From Pelosinus sp. (GTDB taxonomy: Bacteria > Bacillota > Negativicutes > DSM-13327): 24,000 nucleotides of DNA. Where the stretch lies: NCBI GenBank assembly GCA_029239675.1, contig JARBUM010000018.1:15544-39543 (forward strand), given 5' to 3'. A program made the translations under genes and the position numbers. The notes beneath the pieces were generated by a model, which was given only the letters and a program-made list of their open reading frames with translations, had not been told where the DNA came from and did not search any database. This document shows positions 1 through 8,310 of this stretch, in pieces. The first letter of the stretch is position 1. Each line of letters opens with the position of its first letter.

Positions 1-142
1 AGTAGCGTTAGAAGAAATTTTATAAAACAGCAAAACCTTTTATTCGGTTTTTTTCTCAACTTTAAACATTCCCGATTTTTTAGGTGATTATTCTGAATTA
101 TTAGCGTATATTCCCTTGTGTTTTGATTTTCAGCTTTTTTAA

Positions 143-176
143 CCAAAAATAAAGCGCAAGCTTACGCTTGCGCTTT
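143..176 (-). terminator. Rho-independent terminator of recN
   Basis: 11-bp perfect stem, aaagcgcaagc (151-161) pairing with gcttgcgcttt (166-176), with a 4-nt loop. On the minus strand it is followed by UAUUUUUGG. The recN stop codon (162-164) lies in the loop. Confidence 0.7.
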
Positions 177-1877
177 ATTTTTCCATTTTTCTTTTTTTTT
201 AACCGCTGATTCAAATATTTGATTCGCATTCTCTAATGCTATTTGTGTTATCTCATTACCCGAAATCATTCGAGTTAGTTCTAGTAATTGTTCCTCTTTT
301 GTAAGGACAGTAATTACCGTATTGGTTCTTTCACCCTCAACTTGTTTTTTTATATAAATGTGACGATCTGCCATACAAGCAATTTGCGGCAAGTGAGTAA
401 TACACAGTACCTGTCTAGCACAAGCCACTTTAGCAACCTTCTCCGCTACCATATGCCCAGCCTGGCCACCAATACCGGCGTCAATCTCATCAAATACCAT
501 AATACCAACAGCATCACGATGAGCACAAACTGTTTTTATTGCTAAGGCAATGCGAGAAAGCTCTCCACCTGAAGCAATCTTATATAGTGGCTTAGTCTGT
601 TCACCTAAATTAGCCGAGAATAAGAAACTTACTTCATCAGTCCCATGGAAAGTAAATTGTGAACCGGGAGCTACTTCAACACTAAATTTAGCATTGGTCA
701 TTCCTAAATCTACTAAATGCCTACAGATTTGCTCTGATAATAACTGAGAAGATTGCAACCGTAGAGAATGGAGCTTTTCACAGAAAGAACGTAGCTTTTC
801 ATCTAGCTCCCTTTGCTGTTGACCTAAGTTGGCGATTGTCTGATCATAATTATGTATGTCTTCTAATTCTATAATAGATTTCTCATAGTATTCCAGTATT
901 TCTGCAATACTTGTTCCATATTTTTTCTTTAATTTATAAATTACGTCCATACGCTCTTGTAATATAGCTAATCTCTGGGGATCAAAATCAATTTCATCAC
1001 TATACACACGTAAATCCATGTAGCTTTCTTCTAATTGGTATAACGCATCACTAATAGTCGTTAGCTGTTCTTGTATTCGAGTATCGTAGCGAGCAATAAT
1101 TTCTAATTCATGCTTTACTTCAGCCAGAGCTGGCAAAATGCCTTGCATGCCATCATTACCTTGTTCCAATAAAACATAGGAACGATTGACTGCAGTGGTA
1201 ATTTTTTCAACATTTGCCAATACCGGTAGCTGCCGCTCAATTTCCTCATCCTCACCAGGTTTTAATTGGGCGAACTCTATTTCTTTGGTTTGCCAACTCA
1301 ACATATCAATACGTTGGGCCCGTTCTCGAGAGTTTTGTACAAGTAATGTTTGTTGCTTTATTAACTCAAGCCATTCTTTATATACTTTACGATACTGCTC
1401 TAAGACTATTTTTATTCTTTCATCAAAAGCGTCTAGCAAGGATAAATATGATTCTGGGCGCAATAAAGCTTGATTTTCATGTTGTCCATGCATATCAACA
1501 AGTTTTTCACCAATCTGTCGTAAAACATTCACTGTAACATGACAACCATTCATCAAGATACTATTCTTACCCTGTCTAGAGAAACGGCGACTAATAATTA
1601 GCATAGCATCATCCTCAATACTGATGCCCTGATCCTCTATTATTTTATAAATGAATGATAATTTAGAAATATCAAACACTGCTTCTACACGAAAGAAATC
1701 ACAACCAGTTCGAATGGAATCAACTGAAGCTCGACTCCCTAAAATAATACTTAGGGCATCTATTAATATGGATTTACCAGCTCCCGTTTCCCCTGTTAAG
1801 ATGTTTAACCCTTCATCAAATTCTACTACAGCCCGTTCAATTAATGCAAAGTTAGTAACAGTCAATGATTTTAGCAC
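162..1877 (-). CDS. recN: DNA repair protein RecN (SMC-like ATPase)
   Basis: Walker A GETGAGKS, signature ASGGELSRIALA, Walker B MVFDEIDAGIGG, and a long central coiled-coil region. The maximal ORF runs to 1925. GTG at 1877 (VLKSLTVTNFALIE, a typical RecN N-terminus) is preceded by GAGGAGAG 7 nt upstream and does not overlap argR. Confidence 0.95.
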   Translation of the reverse strand: MLKSLTVTNFALIERAVVEFDEGLNILTGETGAGKSILIDALSIILGSRASVDSIRTGCDFFRVEAVFDISKLSFIYKIIEDQGISIEDDAMLIISRRFSRQGKNSILMNGCHVTVNVLRQIGEKLVDMHGQHENQALLRPESYLSLLDAFDERIKIVLEQYRKVYKEWLELIKQQTLLVQNSRERAQRIDMLSWQTKEIEFAQLKPGEDEEIERQLPVLANVEKITTAVNRSYVLLEQGNDGMQGILPALAEVKHELEIIARYDTRIQEQLTTISDALYQLEESYMDLRVYSDEIDFDPQRLAILQERMDVIYKLKKKYGTSIAEILEYYEKSIIELEDIHNYDQTIANLGQQQRELDEKLRSFCEKLHSLRLQSSQLLSEQICRHLVDLGMTNAKFSVEVAPGSQFTFHGTDEVSFLFSANLGEQTKPLYKIASGGELSRIALAIKTVCAHRDAVGIMVFDEIDAGIGGQAGHMVAEKVAKVACARQVLCITHLPQIACMADRHIYIKKQVEGERTNTVITVLTKEEQLLELTRMISGNEITQIALENANQIFESAVKKKEKWKNKAQA

Positions 1878-1896
1878 ATAAATTCTCTCCTCACAC

Positions 1897-2349
1897 TTAC
1901 TGTGATAATGCCTGTAATTTTGCAATCACTCTGGGCACAGCATCCGTTGGCTTAACAACAACTAGAATATTATCATCTCCAGCTACAGTGCCAATAATAT
2001 CTGGCCATTTTGTATTATCAATAGCAGCTGCAACCGCTTGGGCAGTACCAGGTAATGTCTTTATAACAACAATATTTTCACTATAATCCATACCAACAAC
2101 AGAATCCTGAAAAATACGCTCCATACGAGGTTGTAAGAATGCAGCATTTTGCTCAACTGGAAAAGCATAGCGATAACGTCCATCACCTGCTGGTACTTTA
2201 ATAAGCATTAATTCCTTTATATCTCTTGATACAGTAGCCTGGGTTACTTCAATCTCTTGTTTACGTAATGCTATAGCTAAGTCTTCTTGAGTCTCAATCA
2301 CATTATTTTCAATAATTTCTTTGATTTTAGTGTGACGCAACAATTTCAT
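1897..2349 (-). CDS. argR: Arginine repressor ArgR/AhrC
   Basis: N-terminal winged-helix region (RHTKIKEII...QATVSRDIKEL) and C-terminal GTVAGDDNILVV oligomerisation/arginine-binding motif. ATG at 2349 is preceded by AGGGGTG and gives 150 aa. The maximal ORF extends to 2373. Confidence 0.93.
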   Translation of the reverse strand: MKLLRHTKIKEIIENNVIETQEDLAIALRKQEIEVTQATVSRDIKELMLIKVPAGDGRYRYAFPVEQNAAFLQPRMERIFQDSVVGMDYSENIVVIKTLPGTAQAVAAAIDNTKWPDIIGTVAGDDNILVVVKPTDAVPRVIAKLQALSQ

Positions 2350-2920
2350 ACGCTTCACCCCTTGTTTTTTCAACTACATATAATATTGGCGGATTATTGT
2401 TATGATTTATCATTGACCAGCATCCTACAGTAAATAGCTCTGAAGGCAACGATGTGAATAATTCTTGTACGGATTTTTGCTCCCGTTGTCCTTCTTGATG
2501 ACCAGAGTAAGCCACTACGGAAATCATACCCCCTGTAGATAGTAGACCTAAAATTTTTCGTAATGCTACTACGGTAGATTGATCTTCTGTTGTGATCCTA
2601 TGATCAGCATTAGGTAAATATCCTAAGTTAAACATAGCTACATCAATCTCTTCAGTTATATAACGATCTATATTAACATGACTATCTACTATCAATTTTA
2701 CTTTATCACTCAGGTTATGTTTGGATAATAATTGACTCGTTTTTATAATTGCTGTTTCTTGAATATCAAAACTCCAAATAACAGTATCGTTAGATGAGTT
2801 TTTAGCTAAGAACAGGGTATCCTTACCATTACCGGCGGTTGCATCTACTACGCATTGAGCCTTATTGATTTTATTACGTAGTAATTGTTGTGCTAATTTT
2901 ACGGCATTAAGCGTCTGCAT
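2327..2920 (-). CDS. mnmM: Class I SAM-dependent methyltransferase, YtqB/MnmM family (tRNA mnm5s2U34 methyltransferase type)
   Basis: Contains VVDATAGNGKDTLFLA, FDIQ, FNLGYLPNADHRITT and NPPILYVVEK blocks. These match my recollection of B. subtilis YtqB. ATG at 2920 is preceded by GGAGTG and gives 197 aa. The gene overlaps nadK by 14 nt and argR by 23 nt. Confidence 0.8.
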   Translation of the reverse strand: MQTLNAVKLAQQLLRNKINKAQCVVDATAGNGKDTLFLAKNSSNDTVIWSFDIQETAIIKTSQLLSKHNLSDKVKLIVDSHVNIDRYITEEIDVAMFNLGYLPNADHRITTEDQSTVVALRKILGLLSTGGMISVVAYSGHQEGQREQKSVQELFTSLPSELFTVGCWSMINHNNNPPILYVVEKTRGEAYEIVASH

Positions 2921-3776
2921 TTCTTTCACTCCGCCATAATTTAGTGCGTAAAGTCTCATAATAACTTCTATTATTCAATCGTATAAATTGCGCTCTAAAG
3001 GGCGATCGTTTCACCAGCACTGTATCCTTTGGTAGTAAGCTATATATTGTCTGACCATCAATGGTTAAAACCACATCTTCCTGATTTGCAATCATCTCTA
3101 CTTTTATTTCTTCCTCTTCTGAAATAACTAAGGGTCTCACATGTAGTGTATGAGAACAGATGGGTGTTAACACCATAACTTTTAATAGAGGATTAATAAT
3201 AGGGCCTCCAGCTGATAAAGAATATCCTGTGGATCCCGTGGCTGTAGCAACAATTAAACCATCAGCTGCATAATTGGTTGTTAGTTCATCATCAATCGAT
3301 ACATTAAACTTAATCATACGTGAAACGCCACTTTTACTTATCACTACATCATTTAGAGCCGTTGATACATAAATTGCTCTGTTCTTACGAACAATCATTG
3401 CATCTAACATTAGATGTTCTTCAATTTGATAATTACCGTTAACAATCTTATCTAAGGATAAAATTAAATCAGGAAGCTCTATCTCAGTTAGAAAACCTAG
3501 CTTCCCCATATTAATTCCACAGATCGGTATACCCGCAGAAGCAATTTCTCTTGCAGTATTCAATAGGGTCCCATCACCACCTACTGTTATGCCTACCTTA
3601 ATATCTTTTAACATATCCTGTTGGCTACAGCCCAAATCTGGATACCCTATCTTCTCGGCAGCCTCTTTTGGTAATAACACACGTACGCCACGTTCTCGAA
3701 AGTATTGCACTATCCGATCTAGTACAGTGACTACAGTTTGTTTGTTTGTATTAGGAAATAGACCTACTGTTAACAC
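2907..3776 (-). CDS. nadK: NAD+ kinase
   Basis: GGDGT motif (ITVGGDGTLLNTAR) and the NAD kinase block ATATGSTGYSLSAGGPIINP. GTG at 3776 is preceded by GGGGGA 6 nt upstream. The maximal ORF reaches 3806. Confidence 0.92.
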   Translation of the reverse strand: MLTVGLFPNTNKQTVVTVLDRIVQYFRERGVRVLLPKEAAEKIGYPDLGCSQQDMLKDIKVGITVGGDGTLLNTAREIASAGIPICGINMGKLGFLTEIELPDLILSLDKIVNGNYQIEEHLMLDAMIVRKNRAIYVSTALNDVVISKSGVSRMIKFNVSIDDELTTNYAADGLIVATATGSTGYSLSAGGPIINPLLKVMVLTPICSHTLHVRPLVISEEEEIKVEMIANQEDVVLTIDGQTIYSLLPKDTVLVKRSPFRAQFIRLNNRSYYETLRTKLWRSERNADA

Positions 3777-3900
3777 ATGCAATCCCCCATTATTTAAATA
3801 CACCACAACGGCAGGTGATCAAGAATCGCCTGCCACAAATAAAATCCTTTTATAGAATTCCGCTATAAATAAGCAATTCCTTTAAATCATATTTCAATTG

Positions 3901-4719
3901 TTATATTGCATTCCCGTGGGCTTCTATTACGACTTCTTCTATTATCTCAGTAGTAACGCTTATATCTGTTGTAAAGTTTGCTAGGTAAATAAGATATTCA
4001 ATATTCCCTTCTGGCCCTTTTACTGGAGAATAAGTAAGACCAAGAGGAATAAAGCCTACTTCGCATGCATGTTGGATAACATTAAAAATAACTTCATTAT
4101 GTACTAAAGGATCTCTAACTACTCCTTTTTTCCCAACCTTTTCACGTCCAGCTTCAAATTGAGGTTTAATCAAAGCCACAATAGTGCCAGTATCCGATAA
4201 TAAACCTTTAATAACAGGCAATACCTTATTTAAAGATATAAACGCAACATCAATTGATACAAAATCTAAGGGCTGTCCTAATTGTTCCAAAGTAACATTA
4301 CGAATATTAGTACGTTCCATGTTAATAACTCGACTATCAGTTCTCAGAGACCAAGCCAATTGACCATAACCAACATCAATTGCATATACCTGTTTAGCAC
4401 CATTTTTTAACGCACAATCTGTAAATCCACCAGTCGAAGCACCAATATCAGCCATGATTTTGTCCGTAAGATTTATATTAAAATATTCCAAGGCTTTCGC
4501 TAATTTCAAACCACCGCGACTTACATAACCAATACTGTCTCCAGTAACAAGAATCTGGCTTTCTACTGGCACTAAGGTACCTGCCTTATCTATTTTTTGC
4601 CCATCAACAAAGACTAGTCCTGCCATAATACAGGATTTCGCTCTTTCTCTACTTGAAACCAAGCCTTTGTTGAGTAATAAAACATCTAATCGTTCTTTAT
4701 TTATTTTACTCATTTTCAC
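3901..4719 (-). CDS. tlyA: TlyA-family rRNA 2'-O-methyltransferase (S4 domain plus FtsJ-like domain)
   Basis: N-terminal S4-like RLDVLLLNKGLVSSRERAKSCIMAGLVFVDGQ and the SAM-binding loop DIGASTGGFTDCAL. The GTG start at 4719 overlaps the dxs stop as GTGA. An alternative ATG lies at 4713. Confidence 0.9.
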   Translation of the reverse strand: MKMSKINKERLDVLLLNKGLVSSRERAKSCIMAGLVFVDGQKIDKAGTLVPVESQILVTGDSIGYVSRGGLKLAKALEYFNINLTDKIMADIGASTGGFTDCALKNGAKQVYAIDVGYGQLAWSLRTDSRVINMERTNIRNVTLEQLGQPLDFVSIDVAFISLNKVLPVIKGLLSDTGTIVALIKPQFEAGREKVGKKGVVRDPLVHNEVIFNVIQHACEVGFIPLGLTYSPVKGPEGNIEYLIYLANFTTDISVTTEIIEEVVIEAHGNAI

Positions 4720-6602
4720 CGTACTCCAAATCTGTGGACAAAAGAACTCGCTGCAGAGGCAATACCTTCTGCATGCAATCCATATTTTTTAAAAATCTGA
4801 GAACGTGTACCTTGCTCAATAAATTGATCAGGGAATCCTAAACGTAAAACTTTAACCCCATGAAGATTCTGAGCATTTAAATATTCTAAAACTGCTGAAC
4901 CAAAACCACCAGCTAAGATATTTTCTTCTACCGTAATTATAATCCTAACATCCCTAGATAATTTTCTTAACATCTGTTCATCTAAAGGCTTTACAAACCT
5001 AGCATTTACCACGCCAACTTCTATACCTTCTGATGCTAATATTTCTCTTGCTGCTATGCAAGGCTCAATCATTGAACCAACAGCTAAAAATACAACATCA
5101 GCACCACCTTTTAACTCCTCAGCTTCGCCAATCGTAAGTGGTTGCAAAGGTTTATCCATGGGTACACCTAAACCACTACCTCGAGGATAGCGAATGGCTA
5201 CTGGACTATCCATCTTAACAGCAGTAAACATCATATGTCGTAACTCATCTTCATCTTTAGGCGCCATAATTGTCAAATTAGGTATATGCCGAAGATAGCT
5301 ATAATCAAATAATCCATGATGGGTTGGACCATCCTCACCAACAATTCCCGCTCGGTCTAAAGCAAATATTACTGGAAGCTTTTGCAGGCAGATGTCGTGT
5401 AATATTTGGTCATATGCTCTTTGAGCAAAGGTTGAGTACAAAGCTACAACTGGCCTCATACCTTTTGTAGCCATGCCTGCAGCCATGGTAACTGCATTTT
5501 GCTCCGCAATTCCTACATCGAAGAAGCGCTTTGGAAATTGATTTGCAAACTTTTTAAGCCCAGTTCCTTCCGGCATAGCGGCTGTTATCGCTACAATGCG
5601 GGAATCCTGTTTTGCTAGATTAAGTAGCACCTCACCAAAAACGCTGGTATAGGTTGGCGTATCACCATTTTTAACCACTTCACCCGTTTCAATACAATAA
5701 GGGCCAACACCATGGTATTTATCTGGATTACATTCTGCAGGCTTATAGCCTTTTCCTTTACAGGTAAGGACATGAATTAATATAGGACCTTGCATTTTTT
5801 TAGCTTTTTCCAGTACCTCGCTGAGTAATTCAAAGTTATGCCCATCGATTGGGCCAATATAATTAAATCCTAATTCTTCAAAAAGAACACCAGGAACTAA
5901 TAAATAACGCAAACTGTCTTTAACACGTTCTACTGTCTTTGCCACACTATCCCCAATAGCAGGAATACGTCGCAATAAAAATTCGATATCTTGTTTAACC
6001 TTTGTATATTTAGGCTCTGTACGCATTTTAGATAAGTATTCTGAAATGGCACCAACATTTTTAGCAATTGACATTTCATTATCATTAAGGATAACAATCA
6101 TATTAGTACCTGAATGTCCAGCATGATTTAATGCTTCATATGCCTGTCCACCAGTAAGAGAGCCATCACCAATAACAGCTATGACACTTTCCTTATCGCC
6201 TGCAATATCCCTAGCCAATGCTATTCCTAAAGCAGCAGATATGGAAGTACTAGAATGTCCCGTACCAAAAATATCATGTGCACTTTCCGAAATTTTAGGG
6301 AATCCACTTATGCCACCAAATTGACGTAAAGTACAGAATTCATTGCGCCTTCCTGTTAAAATCTTATGAACATAAGATTGATGGCCAACATCCCAAACAA
6401 TCTTGTCAACAGGGCTATTAAATACTTTATGTATCGCAAGAGTTAACTCCACTACACCTAAACTAGGTGCTAAATGCCCACCTGTTTTAGAAACTGAGCA
6501 TATTAAAAAATGGCGTATTTCCTTTGCTAATAACTTAATTTGCTCATATGAAAGTTTTCTTAAATCTTGGGGCTTATTAATGCCCTCAAGTATTGTTTTC
6601 AA
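4716..6602 (-). CDS. dxs: 1-deoxy-D-xylulose-5-phosphate synthase
   Basis: GTGHSSTSISAALGIA and the TPP-binding IGDGSLTGGQAYEALN...NDN, with transketolase-like pyrimidine-binding and C-terminal domains. The maximal ORF begins with TTG at 6635. An extended -10 element lies only 12 nt upstream of that codon, so TTG at 6602 (GGGGTG 6 nt upstream, giving KTILEGINKPQDLRKL) is more plausible. GTG at 6611 is an alternative. Confidence 0.93.
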   Translation of the reverse strand: MKTILEGINKPQDLRKLSYEQIKLLAKEIRHFLICSVSKTGGHLAPSLGVVELTLAIHKVFNSPVDKIVWDVGHQSYVHKILTGRRNEFCTLRQFGGISGFPKISESAHDIFGTGHSSTSISAALGIALARDIAGDKESVIAVIGDGSLTGGQAYEALNHAGHSGTNMIVILNDNEMSIAKNVGAISEYLSKMRTEPKYTKVKQDIEFLLRRIPAIGDSVAKTVERVKDSLRYLLVPGVLFEELGFNYIGPIDGHNFELLSEVLEKAKKMQGPILIHVLTCKGKGYKPAECNPDKYHGVGPYCIETGEVVKNGDTPTYTSVFGEVLLNLAKQDSRIVAITAAMPEGTGLKKFANQFPKRFFDVGIAEQNAVTMAAGMATKGMRPVVALYSTFAQRAYDQILHDICLQKLPVIFALDRAGIVGEDGPTHHGLFDYSYLRHIPNLTIMAPKDEDELRHMMFTAVKMDSPVAIRYPRGSGLGVPMDKPLQPLTIGEAEELKGGADVVFLAVGSMIEPCIAAREILASEGIEVGVVNARFVKPLDEQMLRKLSRDVRIIITVEENILAGGFGSAVLEYLNAQNLHGVKVLRLGFPDQFIEQGTRSQIFKKYGLHAEGIASAASSFVHRFGVR

Positions 6603-6646
6603 ATATAGCACCCCGCTTTTCTCACTAATCCACAATCAGTAAATTT

Positions 6647-6655
6647 ATTATAACA
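6647..6655 (-). promoter_or_regulatory. Possible sigma-A extended -10 element (TGTTATAAT) upstream of dxs
   Basis: The minus strand reads ...ATATTGTTATGTTATAATAAATTTACTGA. This gives TGn plus a consensus TATAAT. No good -35 hexamer is present. Confidence 0.3.
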
Positions 6656-6702
6656 TAACAATATCTATTCAGCATTAGCAGATCTATGATGCCTACATAG
6701 TA

Positions 6703-7161
6703 TCATCCTAACAGATTTCTAAAGCCATAGGCTATAGAGATTCCTAGTATTGCACCTGCTAATACTTCAAGAGGGGTATGTCCCAACAGCTCTTTTAGTC
6801 GAATATCCCGCACCGTATGCTCGGCTCGGAGTTCACGTACTAATTTATTAATCACTTTGGCTTGTTTTCCGGCAGCTCTACGCACACCAGCAGCATCATA
6901 CATTACTATACTTGCTAGTACGATCGTTACTGCAAACAAGGAAGAAGTAAAGCCATCATGAAGGCCGACAGCCCAAGCCAAACTCATAACTAATGCTGTA
7001 TGTGAGCTAGGCATCCCACCAGCTCCAACTAAACGTTCAAAATTCAAGGCACCATGCTTCCAATAAGAAGTTAAGGTCTTGAGTACCTGAGCACAAAACC
7101 AGGCAGTCAAAGCAGTCGCCAATATAATATTTTGTCCCATGAGAACCATGAACTCTGTCAC
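6703..7161 (-). CDS. Divergent PAP2 family membrane protein (DUF212, YuiD-like)
   Basis: Polytopic hydrophobic protein with GGMPSSHTALV and GHTPLEVLAGAILG motifs typical of the acid phosphatase / vanadium haloperoxidase-related DUF212 family. GTG at 7161 is preceded by GAGGTG 6 nt upstream. The maximal ORF starts at 7170, 1 nt after the ispA stop. Confidence 0.8.
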   Translation of the reverse strand: MTEFMVLMGQNIILATALTAWFCAQVLKTLTSYWKHGALNFERLVGAGGMPSSHTALVMSLAWAVGLHDGFTSSLFAVTIVLASIVMYDAAGVRRAAGKQAKVINKLVRELRAEHTVRDIRLKELLGHTPLEVLAGAILGISIAYGFRNLLG

Positions 7162-7171
7162 AATAAGCACC

Positions 7172-8050
7172 TCAATTATCTCGTGTTAATAAAGACCTTA
7201 CCATTTCTCTCAAAATATCTGCTTCTGTACCGAATTGACTTAAGGCTTCTAAAGCATTATTTACAGCTTGATTTGCCATAGTTTTAGCCTCACTCAAAGA
7301 GTATAAGGTAACATAGGTAGCTTTACGATTTTTAATATCGCTTCCAATGGGCTTACCTATTTTTTCCTGAGTTCCCGTTACATCTAAAATATCATCAGTA
7401 ATTTGAAAAGCCAGTCCAAATTGTTCTGCATACTCTGTCAATGATGCAACCTGCCACTGTTCTGCTCCCGCAAGCTGAGCTCCAGCTCTTACTGCAGCTT
7501 TAAATAAAGCCCCCGTTTTCGCCTGATGCATATAGCTAAGAGTATCAATATCAATTATTTCTCCCTCTGAAGACAAATCAATTACTTGTCCACCAATCAT
7601 ACCTTTAGCGCCAGCTGCACTACTAATTTCTCTTACAACTTTTATTAACACATCTCCCGAAACAGCAGGCTGGGCCAGCATGACTGTGAAAGCTTTAGTC
7701 AACAAACCATCACCAGCTAAAATGGCCATACCCTCGCCAAAAACTTTATGACTTGTTAATTTACCCCGACGATAATCATCATCATCCATTGCTGGCAAAT
7801 CATCGTGAATTAAAGAGTAGGTATGAATCATTTCTAAGCCACAAGCAACATTTAGATAATCACTGCCTTTTGCACCAACAGAATCAGCAGCAGCCATAAG
7901 TAATATTGGGCGCAATCGCTTTCCCCCAGCAAATAAACTGTAACGCATGGCTTCAAAAATTGCTGGCGGATACACATTTTCACCTGGGACAAACTCAGCT
8001 AGTGCATGATCAATAATCTTACCCTTTTCCTGACAATATTGTCTTAACAT
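7172..8050 (-). CDS. ispA: Polyprenyl synthetase, farnesyl/geranyl diphosphate synthase type
   Basis: First and second aspartate-rich motifs are present: LIHDDLPAMDDDDYRRGK and FQITDDILD. The ATG is preceded by AGGAGG. The start overlaps the xseB stop by 7 nt. Confidence 0.92.
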   Translation of the reverse strand: MLRQYCQEKGKIIDHALAEFVPGENVYPPAIFEAMRYSLFAGGKRLRPILLMAAADSVGAKGSDYLNVACGLEMIHTYSLIHDDLPAMDDDDYRRGKLTSHKVFGEGMAILAGDGLLTKAFTVMLAQPAVSGDVLIKVVREISSAAGAKGMIGGQVIDLSSEGEIIDIDTLSYMHQAKTGALFKAAVRAGAQLAGAEQWQVASLTEYAEQFGLAFQITDDILDVTGTQEKIGKPIGSDIKNRKATYVTLYSLSEAKTMANQAVNNALEALSQFGTEADILREMVRSLLTRDN

Positions 8051-8310
8051 GAACTGTCCTCCTGTAAGTGTAAAGGCTTCTCTATTACTTTACCCTTTTC
8101 TTCTAATAAAATTTTATCAATTTGCTGTTCAGCATAATTTAATTTATGTAAGCAAAGCTTTGATAGGTTAACACCTTCAGCAAAATGTTCTAAGGATTGA
8201 TCTAATGGCAATTCCCCTTTTTCCAATTGTTTAACAATGATTTCTAATTTTTCTAAAGCTTGCTCGAAACCGATTTCATTTTGATCCTCTTTCTTCTTGG
8301 CCCTTACCAT
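8044..8310 (-). CDS. xseB: Exodeoxyribonuclease VII small subunit
   Basis: FEQALEKLEIIVKQLEKGELPLDQSLEHFAEG is a typical XseB helical hairpin. ATG at 8310 is preceded by AGGAGGGG. The maximal ORF extends to 8328. The gene overlaps the xseA 3' end by 35 nt. Confidence 0.9.
   Translation of the reverse strand: MVRAKKKEDQNEIGFEQALEKLEIIVKQLEKGELPLDQSLEHFAEGVNLSKLCLHKLNYAEQQIDKILLEEKGKVIEKPLHLQEDSSC

Noticed and set aside
91-112. ARG-box-like TGAAT...ATTC sequence downstream of recN and near argR.
   Set aside because: The half-sites are separated by 11 nt rather than the 4 nt of the 18-bp ARG box. The location, downstream of a terminator and far from any arginine gene, has no functional logic.
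1-142. A possible forespore (sigma-F or sigma-G) promoter and the start of a spoIVB-like gene downstream of recN, as in B. subtilis.
   Set aside because: GAATA and CAGAATA elements are present, but with a 13-nt spacing rather than the roughly 18 nt required. No start codon with a credible SD is visible before the window edge. The downstream gene cannot be identified from this window.
1878-1925. 5' extensions of maximal ORFs: recN to 1925, argR to 2373, the methyltransferase to 2959, nadK to 3806, dxs to 6635, xseB to 8328, spoIIIAC to 15389 and the PBP gene to 21784.
   Set aside because: In each case a downstream ATG, GTG or TTG has a properly spaced GGAGG-like SD and gives an N-terminus typical of the family. 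The extended start lacks an SD or would create a large overlap. I therefore treat these as ORF-finder artefacts, not as unusual N-terminal domains.
3810-3834. GC-rich hairpin between tlyA and nadK: GGCAGG..CCTGCC, a 6-bp stem plus one further pair after a mismatch.
   Set aside because: The stem is short and imperfect. It has no clear U-tract on the minus strand. The nadK SD follows almost immediately, so it cannot be a full terminator with re-initiation. It may be a minor stability or attenuation element, but the evidence is too weak to call.
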